Below, in pieces: positions 37,081-48,164 of a DNA stretch of 64,000 nt. The DNA is from a bacterium (GTDB lineage: Bacteria; UBA8248), in the NCBI GenBank assembly GCA_965207065.1, contig OZ242260.1, positions 3,872,001 through 3,936,000 on the forward strand, in the 5' to 3' direction. Made by a program: the position numbers and the translations under genes. Under the pieces are notes generated by a model. That model did not search any database. It saw nothing but the letters and a program-made list of their open reading frames with translations, and was not told where the DNA came from. How positions within the stretch are numbered: the first letter of the stretch is position 1; each line of letters begins with the position of its first letter.

Positions 37081-37429
37081 CGGGTTGTTGAAACAGTCAC
37101 AAATTGCCCGAAATTCACCCCCCACCGGCACGATTTCGAGCTTCGCCCTTGAACGGCATTGCCAACCGACGAGAGAGAAGAGATCCACTCCCCCCTTGGG
37201 GGGGAGTAGCAGAAGCCGAGCGACTTGTGCGAAGGCTGATGCGTGGGGGGTAAAACGTGTTTGATCGCCATTCCGAATTCTACCCCCCACCGGTTCGCTT
37301 GCGGGCATGCGCCCTTACCTCACCGACATTCCCTCCCTTTTCGGTCGGCAATGACCCTCAAGGGGGGAGTGAACTTCAAAAGCGTGCGAGAAACTCAAAA
37401 TTGCTTTCCAGAACTTTTCCAACAACCCC
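37081..37429. repeat. MITE/REP-like insertion inside the trp operon (between trpD and trpC)
   Basis: Ends gggttgttgaaa / ttccaacaacccc; internal inverted pair cactccccccttg..caaggggggagtg and gtggggggta/taccccccac; same family as 33918-34090. Confidence 0.75.
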
Positions 37430-37447
37430 AAGCCACACCCGCCTCGC

Positions 37448-38458
37448 TCAGGAGTTGGACACTTCCACGAGGCGCGCGAGGACGCTCGCCGCTTCGCCCG
37501 AATCTATCGCCGCGGCCGCCTGCGCGACGCCCTCTCTCAAATCCCCCGCCCTGTCCGCGGCGATGAGCGCGGCGGCGGCGTTCAGGAGCACGATGTCGCG
37601 CCTGGGGCCTTTCTCACCGCCAAGGATGGCGCGCGTGATCTCCGCGTTCTCCGCAGGCTCGCCACCCTTCACGGCGTCCGCTTCGGCGCGCTCGAGGCCC
37701 GCGTCCTCGGGCGTTACGTCATACGTCCTGATACCGCTCCCGTCCCACTCCGAGACGCGCGAGGAGCCGGTGAGCGTCATCTCGTCCATCCCGTCGGACC
37801 CGTGCACCACGAGCGCCTTCTGACAGCCCACCTGGCGCAGCACGTCCGCCACGAGCTCGGTGAGTTCTGCCGCGTATACGCCCACCAACTGGCTCTGGGC
37901 GCGCGCGGGATTCGTGAGCGGCCCCATGACGTTGAAGATGCTGCGCATGGCGATCTCGCGCCTGGGGCCGATGGCGTGCTTCATCGCGCCGTGAAGCATG
38001 GGCGCGAACAGGAAGCCCACGCCCGCCTCGTCGATGCACTCGCCCACCTTCTCGGGTGTGGCCTCGATGTTCACCCCCAGCGCCTTCAATACGTCGGCGG
38101 CGCCCGATTTGCTCGACACCGCACGGTTGCCGTGTTTCGCCACGGGCTGGCCCGCCGCCGCCACGACGAGAGCCGCGCTCGTGCTGATGTTGAAGGTGTG
38201 GGCGCCGTCGCCGCCCGTGCCCACCACGTCGACCACGAAGGGGTGTTTCGTCTTCACCCAGGTCGCCCTGGCGCGCATGGAGCGGACGCTGCCCGCGATC
38301 TCCTCGGGCGTCTCTCCCGCCATGCGGAGCGCCACCAGGTAGGCGCCGATCTGGGCCTGGGTGGCCTCGCCCGTCATGATGAGGTCCATCACCTTCTCCG
38401 CCTCATCCGCACTCAGGTGACGGCCTTCCACGAGCTTTCCGATGGCTTCCTGAATCAT
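37448..38458 (-). CDS. trpD: Anthranilate phosphoribosyltransferase
   Basis: VGTGGDG..FNIST, KHGNR..SSKSGAAD, GPLTNP. Confidence 0.97.
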   Translation of the reverse strand: MIQEAIGKLVEGRHLSADEAEKVMDLIMTGEATQAQIGAYLVALRMAGETPEEIAGSVRSMRARATWVKTKHPFVVDVVGTGGDGAHTFNISTSAALVVAAAGQPVAKHGNRAVSSKSGAADVLKALGVNIEATPEKVGECIDEAGVGFLFAPMLHGAMKHAIGPRREIAMRSIFNVMGPLTNPARAQSQLVGVYAAELTELVADVLRQVGCQKALVVHGSDGMDEMTLTGSSRVSEWDGSGIRTYDVTPEDAGLERAEADAVKGGEPAENAEITRAILGGEKGPRRDIVLLNAAAALIAADRAGDLREGVAQAAAAIDSGEAASVLARLVEVSNS

Positions 38459-38609
38459 GAACGCATATCCTCATTGAGTGGTGGAGGTTTGATTCGTCCC
38501 CGCTCCGTTGCGGCCCGCGCCACCGCACGCACACCTTTTGTGATTTGCGTCAGAGAGCGCGTGAGTTTCGCTTGTTCCGGGCTACCATACCGCGTCCGCG
38601 TTCAATCCC

Positions 38610-39194
38610 TCAAGGCCGCTCAATGGCCCCATCCAGCGCATTTTGGAGCAGCGCCTTGCCTTCGGGCGAGAGAATCGACTCGGGATGAAACTGAACGCCC
38701 GCGACCGCCACGCCCCGGACCCGGAGCCCCATGATCTCGCCCTCATCCGTCTCCGCGCACACCTCGATCTCGGGAGGAACGCTTTCGCGTGCGAGCAGGA
38801 GGCTGTGATAGCGCGTGGCCGTCATCGGGTTCGGGAGCTCGCGAAAGACGCCCCGCCCGTCGTGGCGAATTTCCGAGGTTTTTCCGTGCATGATCCGCTC
38901 GGCGCGGACGATGCCGCCGCCGTAGACCTGCGCAATGGCCTGATGGCCCAGGCACACGCCCAGAATCGGGTATTCTCCCGCAAAGCGCTCGACGAGCGGC
39001 ATGGAGAGACCGGCGGATTCGGGCCGCCCCGGACCGGGAGAGATGACGATCATCCCGGGCGCGAGCTCGGCCACGTCATCGAGTACGAACTGATCGTTAC
39101 GCCACACCGTGACCTCCGCACCCAGTTCGGCCAGGTACTGGACGAGGTTGTAGGTGAACGAATCGTAATTATCGATCATCAATACGCGCTTCAT
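38610..39194 (-). CDS. trpG: Anthranilate synthase component II
   Basis: IDNYDSFTYN, SPGPG, GVCLGHQ, RYHSL, QFHPES. Confidence 0.95.
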   Translation of the reverse strand: MKRVLMIDNYDSFTYNLVQYLAELGAEVTVWRNDQFVLDDVAELAPGMIVISPGPGRPESAGLSMPLVERFAGEYPILGVCLGHQAIAQVYGGGIVRAERIMHGKTSEIRHDGRGVFRELPNPMTATRYHSLLLARESVPPEIEVCAETDEGEIMGLRVRGVAVAGVQFHPESILSPEGKALLQNALDGAIERP

Positions 39195-39209
39195 CTCAAA
39201 TTCTCCGCC

Positions 39210-40745
39210 CTAGGGGAGGCCGCCCCGCGCCACGTCGAGCGCGCGGAGGGAGCCCCGGGCCTTGTTGATGGTTTCCTCGTATTCGAAACCGGGCTTCGAG
39301 TCCGCCACGACGCCCGCGCCCACCTGGAGGTAGAGCTTGCCGCCGCGCGCGTAGAGCGTGCGGATGGCGATGCAGGTGTCCATGCTGCCGCCGAAGCCGA
39401 AATACCCCACCGCGCCCGAATAGGGGCCCCGCCGCACCGGCTCCATCTCGTCAATGATCTCCATGGCCCGCACCTTGGGCGCGCCCGAGACGGTGCCCGC
39501 CGGGAAGGAGGCCCGCAGCACGTCGAAGGCGTCCCTGCCCTCGGCCAGCTCGCCCACCACGTTGCTCACGATGTGCATGACGTGGGAGTAGCGCTCGATG
39601 ACCATCTGCTCGGTGACCCGCACCGTGCCGCGCTCGCAGACGCGGCCGATGTCGTTGCGGCCCAGATCGACGAGCATGATGTGCTCGGCGCGTTCCTTCT
39701 CATCGGCGAGCAGTTCATCCGCCAGCGCGCGATCCTCCGCCTCGTCGCGCCCGCGCCTTCGCGTACCCGCGATGGGGCGCACCTCGACCCTCTCGCCTTC
39801 GAGCCGTACGAGCACCTCGGGAGACGCGCCGACGAGCGTGACGTCGCCGAGTTCGAGATAAAACATGTAGGGAGAGGGGTTGACCGTACGCAGCGCCCGG
39901 TAGATGGCGAAAGGATGCACGTCCAGGGCGCTTTCGAGGCGCTGTGAGAGCACGACCTGAATCGCCTCGCCCGAGTGGATGAGCTCCACCGTATCGGCGA
40001 CGACCTTCTCGAACCCCTCGCGCGTGAAAGACGAGTAGAGGCCCGGCATGTTCTCGACGGGGTGCCCGCTCCCGCCGTCCCGGGGTGGTTCCACCGGCTC
40101 ATACGGCGGGGCGACGGATGGGCCCCGCAGCTTTTCGATGAGCGCATCGACGCGCGCGCACGCATCTTCATAAGCGGCCTCGGGGCCGTCATCCGTAATG
40201 TGCGCATGGGCCAAGACGAACATCTTCTGCGCCACGTTGTCGAAGATGATCAGCGACTTCGTGATCATGAACAGCAGTTCGGGCAGTTCGAGGTCGTCAT
40301 GCGCGTTCTCGGGCAGGCGCTCGATGAAGCGTACCGCGTCATAGCCCATGCAGCCGATGGCCCCTCCCCAGAACCTCGGCAGGCCGGGAAGGTCGACGGG
40401 TATGTAGGGCTGCATCAACTGCCTGAGCGCATCGATGGGATCATCGACGGTGAACTCCTCGCTCTCCCCCTCCTGCGTGACCCGCACCCGCCTGCCCTTG
40501 CTCTCGAAGATGAGATAAGGCTCGCTGCCCAGAAAGGAGTACCTCGCCCACTTCTCCCCGCCCTCGACGCTTTCGAGCAAGAAGGAATGTGAGCCGTCGG
40601 CGATTTTCAGATAGGCGGACACCGGCGTATCGAGGTCGGCGAGTATTTCGCGATACACCGGAATGATGTTGCCCCGCTCGCAGAGAGCGAGGAAAGTCTT
40701 TTTGTCCGGCGAATGATTTTCAGGGTTCATCTTTTTTCGAGACAC
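39210..40745 (-). CDS. trpE: Anthranilate synthase component I
   Basis: LLESVEGG, NPSPYM, PIAGTR, EHIMLVDLGRND, GTVSGAPK. Confidence 0.96.
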   Translation of the reverse strand: MSRKKMNPENHSPDKKTFLALCERGNIIPVYREILADLDTPVSAYLKIADGSHSFLLESVEGGEKWARYSFLGSEPYLIFESKGRRVRVTQEGESEEFTVDDPIDALRQLMQPYIPVDLPGLPRFWGGAIGCMGYDAVRFIERLPENAHDDLELPELLFMITKSLIIFDNVAQKMFVLAHAHITDDGPEAAYEDACARVDALIEKLRGPSVAPPYEPVEPPRDGGSGHPVENMPGLYSSFTREGFEKVVADTVELIHSGEAIQVVLSQRLESALDVHPFAIYRALRTVNPSPYMFYLELGDVTLVGASPEVLVRLEGERVEVRPIAGTRRRGRDEAEDRALADELLADEKERAEHIMLVDLGRNDIGRVCERGTVRVTEQMVIERYSHVMHIVSNVVGELAEGRDAFDVLRASFPAGTVSGAPKVRAMEIIDEMEPVRRGPYSGAVGYFGFGGSMDTCIAIRTLYARGGKLYLQVGAGVVADSKPGFEYEETINKARGSLRALDVARGGLP

Positions 40746-40774
40746 CGTCTAGCGGAAGAGTCTCGCCTCCATAC

Positions 40775-40811
40775 AAAAAAAGCCACGGGACCGAACGGGC
40801 CGCCATGGCTT
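40775..40811 (-). terminator. Attenuator terminator upstream of trpE
   Basis: Minus strand AAGCCATGG..CCGTGGC followed by 7 T. Confidence 0.75.
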
Positions 40812-40846
40812 GGGGATTCGCTTCAGAAAAACTCAGACAATAACCC

Positions 40847-40918
40847 TTATGGCGCACCTCCAGATTTGGCGGAGCATCGCCAGGGCCAAGCCTCCATGAA
40901 TTTTTCTCGCGTCTTCAT
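40847..40918 (-). CDS. trpL: Putative trp leader peptide MKTREKFMEAWPWRCSAKSGGAP
   Basis: Two Trp codons (W-P-W); GGAG upstream; followed by alternative antiterminator/terminator pairings; alternative ATG 40897. Confidence 0.65.
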   Translation of the reverse strand: MKTREKFMEAWPWRCSAKSGGAP

Positions 40919-40985
40919 CAGCCGCCATCTCCATACAAGAAAATTCCGCTGCTCCGAGGAAGATACCCAAATATGGGAGAAATGG

Positions 40986-41786
40986 TCAAGCGTCCGTTTC
41001 TTCGGGCCCCGGAGCAGCCTCGGGCGGCAGCTTGTCGCCATAGTCCACCTGCACAAGCGCCAAGCCCTGGGGCGGCGCGTTGACGCCCGCCAGAGACCTG
41101 TCCTTCCCCGCGAGCACCTCTTGTACGGATTCGGCCTCGCGCTCCCCGCGGCCCACCTCCACCAGGACGCCGACCAGATTCCTCACCATGTGGCGCAGAA
41201 ATCCCCCCGCCGTCGCTTCGATGACCACCTCATCGCCCACGCGCTCCACGCTCAGGCGCTCCAGGCGGCGCACGGTGTCCTCGGGCCTGCCCTTCTCCCG
41301 GCAGAAGCTCGCGAAATCATGCTCGCCCTCCAGTATTTCCGCCGCCCGGCCCATCGCTTCCAAATCGAGGCGTTTTCGCACGTGCCAGGCGTATGGATGG
41401 CGGATGGCGCTCGGCGAGCGGCGATTGAGAATGCGGTAGCGATAGGTCTTGCGAACGGCGTCGAACTGGGCGTGAAAACCGCCCGGCGCCTCCCGGCAGT
41501 CGAAAATCGAGACGTCGCGGCACATCATGGTGTTCAGGCCGATACGCACCTTGTAGGGCTCGATACGAGAGCACGTATGAAAGTGCGCCACCTGCCCCCA
41601 TGCGTGGACGCCGGCGTCGGTGCGGCCCGAGCCGATGATGCGTACCGGCTCCCCGCACATCTTCGCGAGCGCGCCCTCTATTTCGCTCTGGACGGTTCGC
41701 TGGCCGGGCTGGGTCTGCCAGCCGTGAAAATTCGTGCCCTTGTACTCTATCCACAGAACGAGGCAGCGGGTGTTTTCGGCGTTCAT
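40986..41786 (-). CDS. truA: tRNA pseudouridine(38-40) synthase
   Basis: YKGTNFHGWQ, GRTDAGVHA, GEHDFASF, FLRHMVR. Confidence 0.96.
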   Translation of the reverse strand: MNAENTRCLVLWIEYKGTNFHGWQTQPGQRTVQSEIEGALAKMCGEPVRIIGSGRTDAGVHAWGQVAHFHTCSRIEPYKVRIGLNTMMCRDVSIFDCREAPGGFHAQFDAVRKTYRYRILNRRSPSAIRHPYAWHVRKRLDLEAMGRAAEILEGEHDFASFCREKGRPEDTVRRLERLSVERVGDEVVIEATAGGFLRHMVRNLVGVLVEVGRGEREAESVQEVLAGKDRSLAGVNAPPQGLALVQVDYGDKLPPEAAPGPEETDA

Positions 41787-41798
41787 CGGGGAAAACGG

Positions 41799-44663
41799 TC
41801 AGGCGGGCTGTGAGTTCGAAAGCGTACCGTTCAACGCATCGCGAAGGGAATTGCCCGTTGCGGAAGTCTCGATTCCGGCGATTCGCTCGGGCGGGCCCTC
41901 GGCGAGCAGGTAACCGCCCTCCTCCCCTCCCTCGGGACCCAGGTCGATGATGTGGTCGACCGCCTTGATGACGTCGACGTTGTGCTCGATGACGACCACG
42001 GTATTGCCCTGGTCGACCAGGCGGTGCAGCACGTCCAGCAGCTTTTCGATGTCCGCGAAGTGAAGCCCCGTTGTCGGCTCGTCGAGAATGTACACCGTCC
42101 TGCCGGTGGCCCGCTTGGCGAGTTCTCTCGAAAGCTTGATGCGCTGGGCCTCGCCGCCGCTCAGCGTCGTAGCCGGCTGGCCCAGACGCAGGTAGCCCAG
42201 ACCCACGTCCTGCATCGTCTTCAACTTCCAGCGCACCGCGTTGATGTTCTCGAAAAACACCAGGGCATCATCCACCGTCATCTCCAGCACCTCGGCGATG
42301 TTGCGGCCCTTGTAGCGGACGTCGAGCGTGTCTCGGTTGAAGCGCCTGCCCTGGCACTCCGAGCAGCGCACGAACAAATCGGGCAAGAAGTGCATTTCGA
42401 GCCGGATGTAGCCGTCCCCCTGACAGGTCTCGCAGCGTCCCCCCTTGACGTTGAAGCTGAAGCGTCCCGCGAGATAGCCGCGCTTTCTCGCCTCGGGCAC
42501 CTGGGAGAAAAGGTTGCGAATCGGTGAGAAAACGCCCGTGTAGGTGGCCGGGTTGCTCCTCGGCGTCCGCCCGATGGGCGATTGATCGATGGCGATGACC
42601 TTGTCGATGAGTTCGGCGCCTTCGATGGAATCGTGCGCGCCGGGCGTGGCGAGCGATCGGTAAATCTGCCGTGAAAGCGCGCGATAGAGAATCTCGTCCA
42701 CCAGGGTGCTCTTGCCGCTGCCGCTCACGCCGGTGACGCAGATGAGCAAGCCGAGCGGAAAATCGACATCCACGTTCTTGAGATTGTGCTGCCGCGCCCC
42801 CCGGATGGAGATGCAGTCCCCGCTCGGCGCGCGGCGCTGCTCCGGGCGGGGGATATCGACTTCGCCGGACAGGTATCGCCCCGTCAGTGAGGCGGCGTTC
42901 GAGCGGATATCGTCCGGCGCGCCGCAGGCCACGAGGTACCCGCCGTGCTCGCCCGCGCCGGGGCCCAAATCCACCACGTAGTCGGCCGATTCGATGGTCT
43001 CGCGATCGTGTTCGACGACGATGATCGTGTTGCCCATGTCGCGGAGGCGGCACAGCGTATCGAGAAGGCGGCGGTTGTCGCGCTGGTGCAAGCCGATGCT
43101 CGGCTCATCGAGCACGTACAAGACGCCCACCAGGCTCGAGCCGATCTGGCTCGCCAGCCGGATGCGCTGCCCTTCGCCTCCCGCAAGCGTGCCCGAGGGC
43201 CGCTCCAGCGTGAGGTAGTTAAGCCCCACCTTTTCGAGAAATTCGAGCCGCTCGATGATTTCCTTCAAAATGCGCTCCGCCACGAGGTCGGCGCCATCCG
43301 CGCGGTTTTGCTCTTCGAAAAAGGCGCGCAGATTCTTGATGCTCATGGCGGAGACCTCGGCGATACTTTTTCCGCCATAGGTCACGGCGAGGCTCTCGGG
43401 CTTCAGGCGTCCACCCGAGCAGGCCTCGCACGGCATGACGCTCATGTATTTTTCCAAATCCGCCCGCATTCCCTCGCTCGACGTATTCTCTATACGATCA
43501 GCAAGAGCGGGTATGACGCCCGGGAAAACGCGCTCACGCCTAAGCGTGCGCCTCCCCGTCTTGTGGCGGATTTTCAGCTTCCCGCCCTTGCTCCCGTAGA
43601 ACAGGATGTTCCTGTGTCTCTTGGAGAGTTTCGCAAAGGGCCTGTCCACCGGAATCTTTTCGGCCTCGATGACCGCGCGCAGGGTGGAAGCCAGAAAGCT
43701 CTTGCTCCCCGAGAGGGGGGCGATGGCCCCCTCATCGAGCGTGAGCCCGGGGTCGGGGACGATTTTCTCCTCATCCATGCGGTGCACCACGCCCAGTCCG
43801 CCGCATTCCGTACACGCGCCGTAGGGGCTGTTGAAGGAGAACATGCGCGGGGCCATTTCGGGGATGTTCACGCCGCACTCCGCGCAGGTGCACTCCTCGC
43901 TGAAGAGATACTCGGTGCCATTGTCTTCGAGGAAAATCACCAGCCCCTTCGCGAGGCCCAGGGCCGTCTCGATGGATTCGCCGAGGCGATTTTCCACGCC
44001 TGCGCGCAGGACAACGTGATCCACCACCACCTCGATGTTGTGCGTCATGTGGCGGTTGAGCGATATCTCCTCGCCCAGGCGGAAAAAGCGCCCGTCCACG
44101 CGCACTCTCAAGTATCCCTTACGCTCCAGGTCCTCGAATTCCTTGCGGTATATCCCCTTGCGGCCCCGCACGATGGGGGCGAGGATTTCGAGTTCTTTTC
44201 CTTTGCCCAAGCCCATTGCGCGGCTCACCATCTGCTCCACGTTGAGCGCGTTCATGGATTGTCCGCACGAGGGGCAGTGCGGCAGACCCAGGCGGGCGTA
44301 GAGCAGCCTCAGGTGATCGTATATCTCCGTCACGGTGCCGACGGTGGAGCGCGGGTTCTTGCTCACCGTCTTCTGTTCGATAGCGATGGTGGGCGAGAGG
44401 CCCTCGATGGAATCGACATCCGGCTTGCCTATCTGGTCGATGAACTGGCGCGCATAGGCGGAGAGGGATTCGATGTAGCGGCGCTGCCCCTCGCCGTAGA
44501 GGGTGTCGAAGGCGAGCGAACTCTTGCCCGAGCCGCTCAGACCCGTGATGACGATGAGCTTATCCCGCGGCATGTCGAGGCTCAGGTCCTTGAGGTTGTG
44601 CTCGCGCGCACCCCGGACCCGGATTTGCCTCTCCCGCCGCTTTCTTCCGTTCAGGGACGACAT
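41799..44663 (-). CDS. uvrA: Excinuclease ABC subunit A
   Basis: Two ABC ATPase domains ([18 protein letters not shown]), Zn fingers, LSGGEAQR. Confidence 0.97.
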   Translation of the reverse strand: MSSLNGRKRRERQIRVRGAREHNLKDLSLDMPRDKLIVITGLSGSGKSSLAFDTLYGEGQRRYIESLSAYARQFIDQIGKPDVDSIEGLSPTIAIEQKTVSKNPRSTVGTVTEIYDHLRLLYARLGLPHCPSCGQSMNALNVEQMVSRAMGLGKGKELEILAPIVRGRKGIYRKEFEDLERKGYLRVRVDGRFFRLGEEISLNRHMTHNIEVVVDHVVLRAGVENRLGESIETALGLAKGLVIFLEDNGTEYLFSEECTCAECGVNIPEMAPRMFSFNSPYGACTECGGLGVVHRMDEEKIVPDPGLTLDEGAIAPLSGSKSFLASTLRAVIEAEKIPVDRPFAKLSKRHRNILFYGSKGGKLKIRHKTGRRTLRRERVFPGVIPALADRIENTSSEGMRADLEKYMSVMPCEACSGGRLKPESLAVTYGGKSIAEVSAMSIKNLRAFFEEQNRADGADLVAERILKEIIERLEFLEKVGLNYLTLERPSGTLAGGEGQRIRLASQIGSSLVGVLYVLDEPSIGLHQRDNRRLLDTLCRLRDMGNTIIVVEHDRETIESADYVVDLGPGAGEHGGYLVACGAPDDIRSNAASLTGRYLSGEVDIPRPEQRRAPSGDCISIRGARQHNLKNVDVDFPLGLLICVTGVSGSGKSTLVDEILYRALSRQIYRSLATPGAHDSIEGAELIDKVIAIDQSPIGRTPRSNPATYTGVFSPIRNLFSQVPEARKRGYLAGRFSFNVKGGRCETCQGDGYIRLEMHFLPDLFVRCSECQGRRFNRDTLDVRYKGRNIAEVLEMTVDDALVFFENINAVRWKLKTMQDVGLGYLRLGQPATTLSGGEAQRIKLSRELAKRATGRTVYILDEPTTGLHFADIEKLLDVLHRLVDQGNTVVVIEHNVDVIKAVDHIIDLGPEGGEEGGYLLAEGPPERIAGIETSATGNSLRDALNGTLSNSQPA

Positions 44664-44724
44664 GTGCTCTCCCGGCGCGCGCCGCCGCGCGGGGCCTCGC
44701 GCAGGGGCGAGGCGATGAGCGGGC

Positions 44725-45498
44725 CTAGTAAAAGATGAGCCCGCCCGTCACGTTGATGTCCTGGGCGGTCATGTGAACGGCCTCCTCGGAAGCCAGGAAA
44801 ACGCACAGGGCGGCGTGATCCTCCGCGTCGACGAGCGTCTTGAGCGCCGCCGGTGCGGTGAAGGTCTGCTTCGCCTCCTCGAAGGATGTGCCGAAACTCT
44901 CCGCCATGTTCTCGATGACGCTGTCGATGCGCGGGCCCGAGGTGGCCCCGGGGCAGATCGCGTTCACCGTGACGCCGTATTCGCCGAGTTCGAACGCGAG
45001 GGTGCGCGTCAAGCCGATGACCGCCATCTTGGACGACGTGTAGGGCGTGCGGTTCGGCAGGGGGCGCTTGCCGCTCATCGAACTGATGTTGATGATGCGC
45101 CCGTACCTGTTTTTCTTCAACGTGGGGATGACGTGCTTGGTCATCAGGAACGCGCCCGTGACGTTGACCTCGAAGCACTCCTCCCACTCCCCGCGCGTCA
45201 CGTCCTCACACGCCTTTGTTGGGCCGGCGACGCCGGAGTTGTTTACGAGAATGTCAATGGTCCCGAACCCGGCGAGCGTCTTCTCGACGAGTTTCTCAAT
45301 CGCGGCCTCGTCCGTGAGGTCGGTGGGGACGACGAGGGAGGCGCCGTCCGGCATCTCGGCGGCGGTTTCCTCCAGATTCCCGACCGAGCGCGCGGCGAGC
45401 ACGACCTTCGCCCCCTCGCGCGCAAACGTAAGCGCGATGACCTTGCCGATTCCCTGCCCCGCCCCGGTGACGATGGCGACTTTATCCTTCAAACGCAT
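44725..45498 (-). CDS. Short-chain dehydrogenase/reductase
   Basis: TGAGQGIG, NNSG, YTSSK; ATG 45498 (MRLKDK). Confidence 0.92.
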   Translation of the reverse strand: MRLKDKVAIVTGAGQGIGKVIALTFAREGAKVVLAARSVGNLEETAAEMPDGASLVVPTDLTDEAAIEKLVEKTLAGFGTIDILVNNSGVAGPTKACEDVTRGEWEECFEVNVTGAFLMTKHVIPTLKKNRYGRIINISSMSGKRPLPNRTPYTSSKMAVIGLTRTLAFELGEYGVTVNAICPGATSGPRIDSVIENMAESFGTSFEEAKQTFTAPAALKTLVDAEDHAALCVFLASEEAVHMTAQDINVTGGLIFY

Positions 45499-45544
45499 TG
45501 TATGACTTCTCCCGTTATTCCATGCACGAAAGTGTGAATTTTCT

Positions 45545-45967
45545 TTATTCGTCCGCGGGCAGCTCCACTCCCGGGAACCAGTAACCCAGCTCGAAAGCGG
45601 CGGTATCCGGCGCGTCGGAGCCGTGCGTGGAGTTTCGCTCGATGCTCTCGCCCAATTCCGCGCGAATCGTTCCCGGATCGGCGTCTGCAGGGTTCGTGGC
45701 ACCCATCACGTCGCGCCAGCGCCTGATGGCGTCCTCGCGCTCGAGCGCCAGGACCACCGTTCGGCCTGAAGACATGAACGTCGTGAGATCGCCGAAGAAG
45801 GGGCGCTCCCTGTGAACGGCGTAAAAACCCTCCGCCTGGACTTTCGACATGTGGACGAGCTTCATCCCCAGAACCTCGAAACCCTCCTCCTCGATGCGCG
45901 AGAGAATCCTGCCGCTCAGGCCGCGCGCGGTGGCGTCGGGCTTTATCATTGCGAACGTGCGTTCCAT
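45545..45967 (-). CDS. ndk: Nucleoside diphosphate kinase
   Basis: [21 protein letters not shown]. Confidence 0.96.
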   Translation of the reverse strand: MERTFAMIKPDATARGLSGRILSRIEEEGFEVLGMKLVHMSKVQAEGFYAVHRERPFFGDLTTFMSSGRTVVLALEREDAIRRWRDVMGATNPADADPGTIRAELGESIERNSTHGSDAPDTAAFELGYWFPGVELPADE

Positions 45968-45994
45968 GTGCTGTTTCCCTTTCCGTGTATGTCG

Positions 45995-46891
45995 TTATGC
46001 CTTGCCCAGCGCCCTGGCCATGGTGAGGCCCATTTCGGCCGGACTTTCGGTGACGTGAATGCCGCATTCGTCCATGACCCGCATCTTCTCGGCCGCGGTT
46101 CCCTCCCCGCCCGAGATGATCGCGCCCGCGTGGCCCATTCGCCGGCCCGGAGGAGCCGTCTGGCCCGCGATGAAGCCCACGAGCGGCTTCGTGACGTTCT
46201 CTTTGGCCCAACGCGCCGCGTCCTGCTCGGCGGAGCCGCCGATCTCGCCGATCACGATGATGGCCTCTGTCGCAGGATCCTCCTCGAACATGCGCAAGAG
46301 ATCGATATACATCGTGCCGATGACAGGGTCGCCGCCGATTCCCACGCAGGTGGTCTGGCCCAGACCCTGTTCCGTAAGCTGGGCGACGACTTCATACGTG
46401 AGCGTGCCGCTCTTCGAGATGACGCCGATGGTGCCTTCCTTGTGAATATGGCCCGGCATGATGCCCATCTTGCAGCCGCCGGGGGTGATGACGCCCGGGC
46501 AGTTGGGGCCGATGAGGACGGCGCCGCTATCTTCCATGTGGCGTTTCACATACACCATGTCGCGCACCGGAATACCCTCCGTGATGCATACCACGAGCGG
46601 CAAATCCGCATCCACGGCCTCCACGATGGCGTCCGCCGCGAAGGGGGGCGGCACGAATATGAGAGAGGCGTTCGCGCCCGTCTCGCGAACCGCATCGGCC
46701 ACCGTGTTGAACACGGGCACGCCGTCCGCCTCCTGCCCGCCCTTGCCGGGCGTAACGCCGGCCACCACTGCGCCGCCGCCGCCAGCGAACTCGCGGCTGT
46801 ACTTTTGACACTGTCCGGCGTGAAAGCCTCCTTCGCGCCCGGTGATGCCCTGCACGAGGATGCGCGTCTCTTTGTCGATCAGAATACTCAA
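45995..46891 (-). CDS. sucD: Succinyl-CoA synthetase alpha subunit
   Basis: QGITG, GPNCPG, GIGGDP, MGHAGA. Confidence 0.97.
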   Translation of the reverse strand: MSILIDKETRILVQGITGREGGFHAGQCQKYSREFAGGGGAVVAGVTPGKGGQEADGVPVFNTVADAVRETGANASLIFVPPPFAADAIVEAVDADLPLVVCITEGIPVRDMVYVKRHMEDSGAVLIGPNCPGVITPGGCKMGIMPGHIHKEGTIGVISKSGTLTYEVVAQLTEQGLGQTTCVGIGGDPVIGTMYIDLLRMFEEDPATEAIIVIGEIGGSAEQDAARWAKENVTKPLVGFIAGQTAPPGRRMGHAGAIISGGEGTAAEKMRVMDECGIHVTESPAEMGLTMARALGKA

Positions 46892-46902
46892 AACCAGACC
46901 CC

Positions 46903-48063
46903 CTAGCGGTTAAGGGCCGCAACCACCTTATCGGCGGAATCGGCCATGCCTTTGCCCACGGTGAAATCGAGACCCGAGCCTTCGAGTATCTCGCGACCCT
47001 TCTCCACGTTCGTCCCCTCCATGCGGATGATGATGGGCACGCCTACGTTTACGGTCTTGACGGCCTCCACGACGCCCTCCGCCAGAATGTCGCAGCGCAG
47101 GATGCCGCCGAAGATGTTGATGAAGACGGCCTTCACGTCCGGATCGTCCATGAGGATGCGGAAGGCGTTCTCGACCATCTCCTTGCTCGCGCCGCCGCCG
47201 ACGTCCAGGAAGTTCGCGGGCGCAGCGCCTGCGAGCTTGATGATGTCCATCGTCGCCATGGCGAGGCCGGCGCCGTTCACCATGCAGGCGACCGAGCCGT
47301 CGAGCTTGATGTAGTTGAGATTGAACTTCGAGGCCTCGACCTCGAGCGGGTCTTCTTCGTCCTCATCGCGCATCGCGGCCACCTCCTCGTGGCGGTAGAG
47401 CGCGTTGTCGTCGAAGTTCACCTTGGCGTCGAGCGCCAGAATGCGGCCGTCCTTCGTCTGCACCAGGGGGTTGATCTCGAGGAGCGAAGCGTCCATTTCG
47501 TCATAGAACCGGTAAAGATTCGTGACGAATTTGACCCCCTCGCGAACGAGTTCGGCGGGTAAATCCAGACCATAAACGACGCGCCGCGCGGTCGAGGGCC
47601 AGACGGAAAGCGCCGGATCGACGGGAACCTTGAGGAGCTTTTCGGGCGTTTTCGCGGCCACCTCTTCAATGTCCATACCGCCCTCGGTGCTCGCCATGAC
47701 GGTGGGGCGGCCCGTGGCGCGGTCGAGCACGACCCCGAGATAAAGCTCGCGCTCGATGTCGCTCGCCTCCTCCACCCATACCTTCTTGACCAGACGGCCC
47801 TCCGGCCCCGTCTGGTGCGTCACCAGCGTCATGCCGAGAATCTGCGAGGCAACTTCTTTCGCCTCGGCAGGCGTCGCCGCCAGCTTGACGCCGCCGCCCT
47901 TGCCGCGCCCGCCGGCGTGAATCTGCGCCTTGACGACCACCGTGCCGCCCAGATCCGTAGCGATGCGCTCGGCCTCGTCCGCCGTCTCGGCGACCCCGCC
48001 CTTCGGGACGGCCACGCCGTATTTCGCGAGCAATTCCTTGCCTTGGTACTCGTGGATGTTCAT
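46903..48063 (-). CDS. sucC: Succinyl-CoA synthetase beta subunit
   Basis: [37 protein letters not shown]. Confidence 0.97.
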   Translation of the reverse strand: MNIHEYQGKELLAKYGVAVPKGGVAETADEAERIATDLGGTVVVKAQIHAGGRGKGGGVKLAATPAEAKEVASQILGMTLVTHQTGPEGRLVKKVWVEEASDIERELYLGVVLDRATGRPTVMASTEGGMDIEEVAAKTPEKLLKVPVDPALSVWPSTARRVVYGLDLPAELVREGVKFVTNLYRFYDEMDASLLEINPLVQTKDGRILALDAKVNFDDNALYRHEEVAAMRDEDEEDPLEVEASKFNLNYIKLDGSVACMVNGAGLAMATMDIIKLAGAAPANFLDVGGGASKEMVENAFRILMDDPDVKAVFINIFGGILRCDILAEGVVEAVKTVNVGVPIIIRMEGTNVEKGREILEGSGLDFTVGKGMADSADKVVAALNR

Positions 48064-48164
48064 CCAACCCCTCCAGAATCAATGCGACAATTGAATGTCA
48101 ATAATGAGACATCGTGTGTAAGTTTCGCGTCTCGAAAGTCAAGCCTGAAACGCACGAGCGAACA

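Noticed and set aside
33900-37430. Possible CRISPR array among the palindromic repeats
   Set aside because: No regularly spaced identical repeats with unique spacers and no cas genes in the window.
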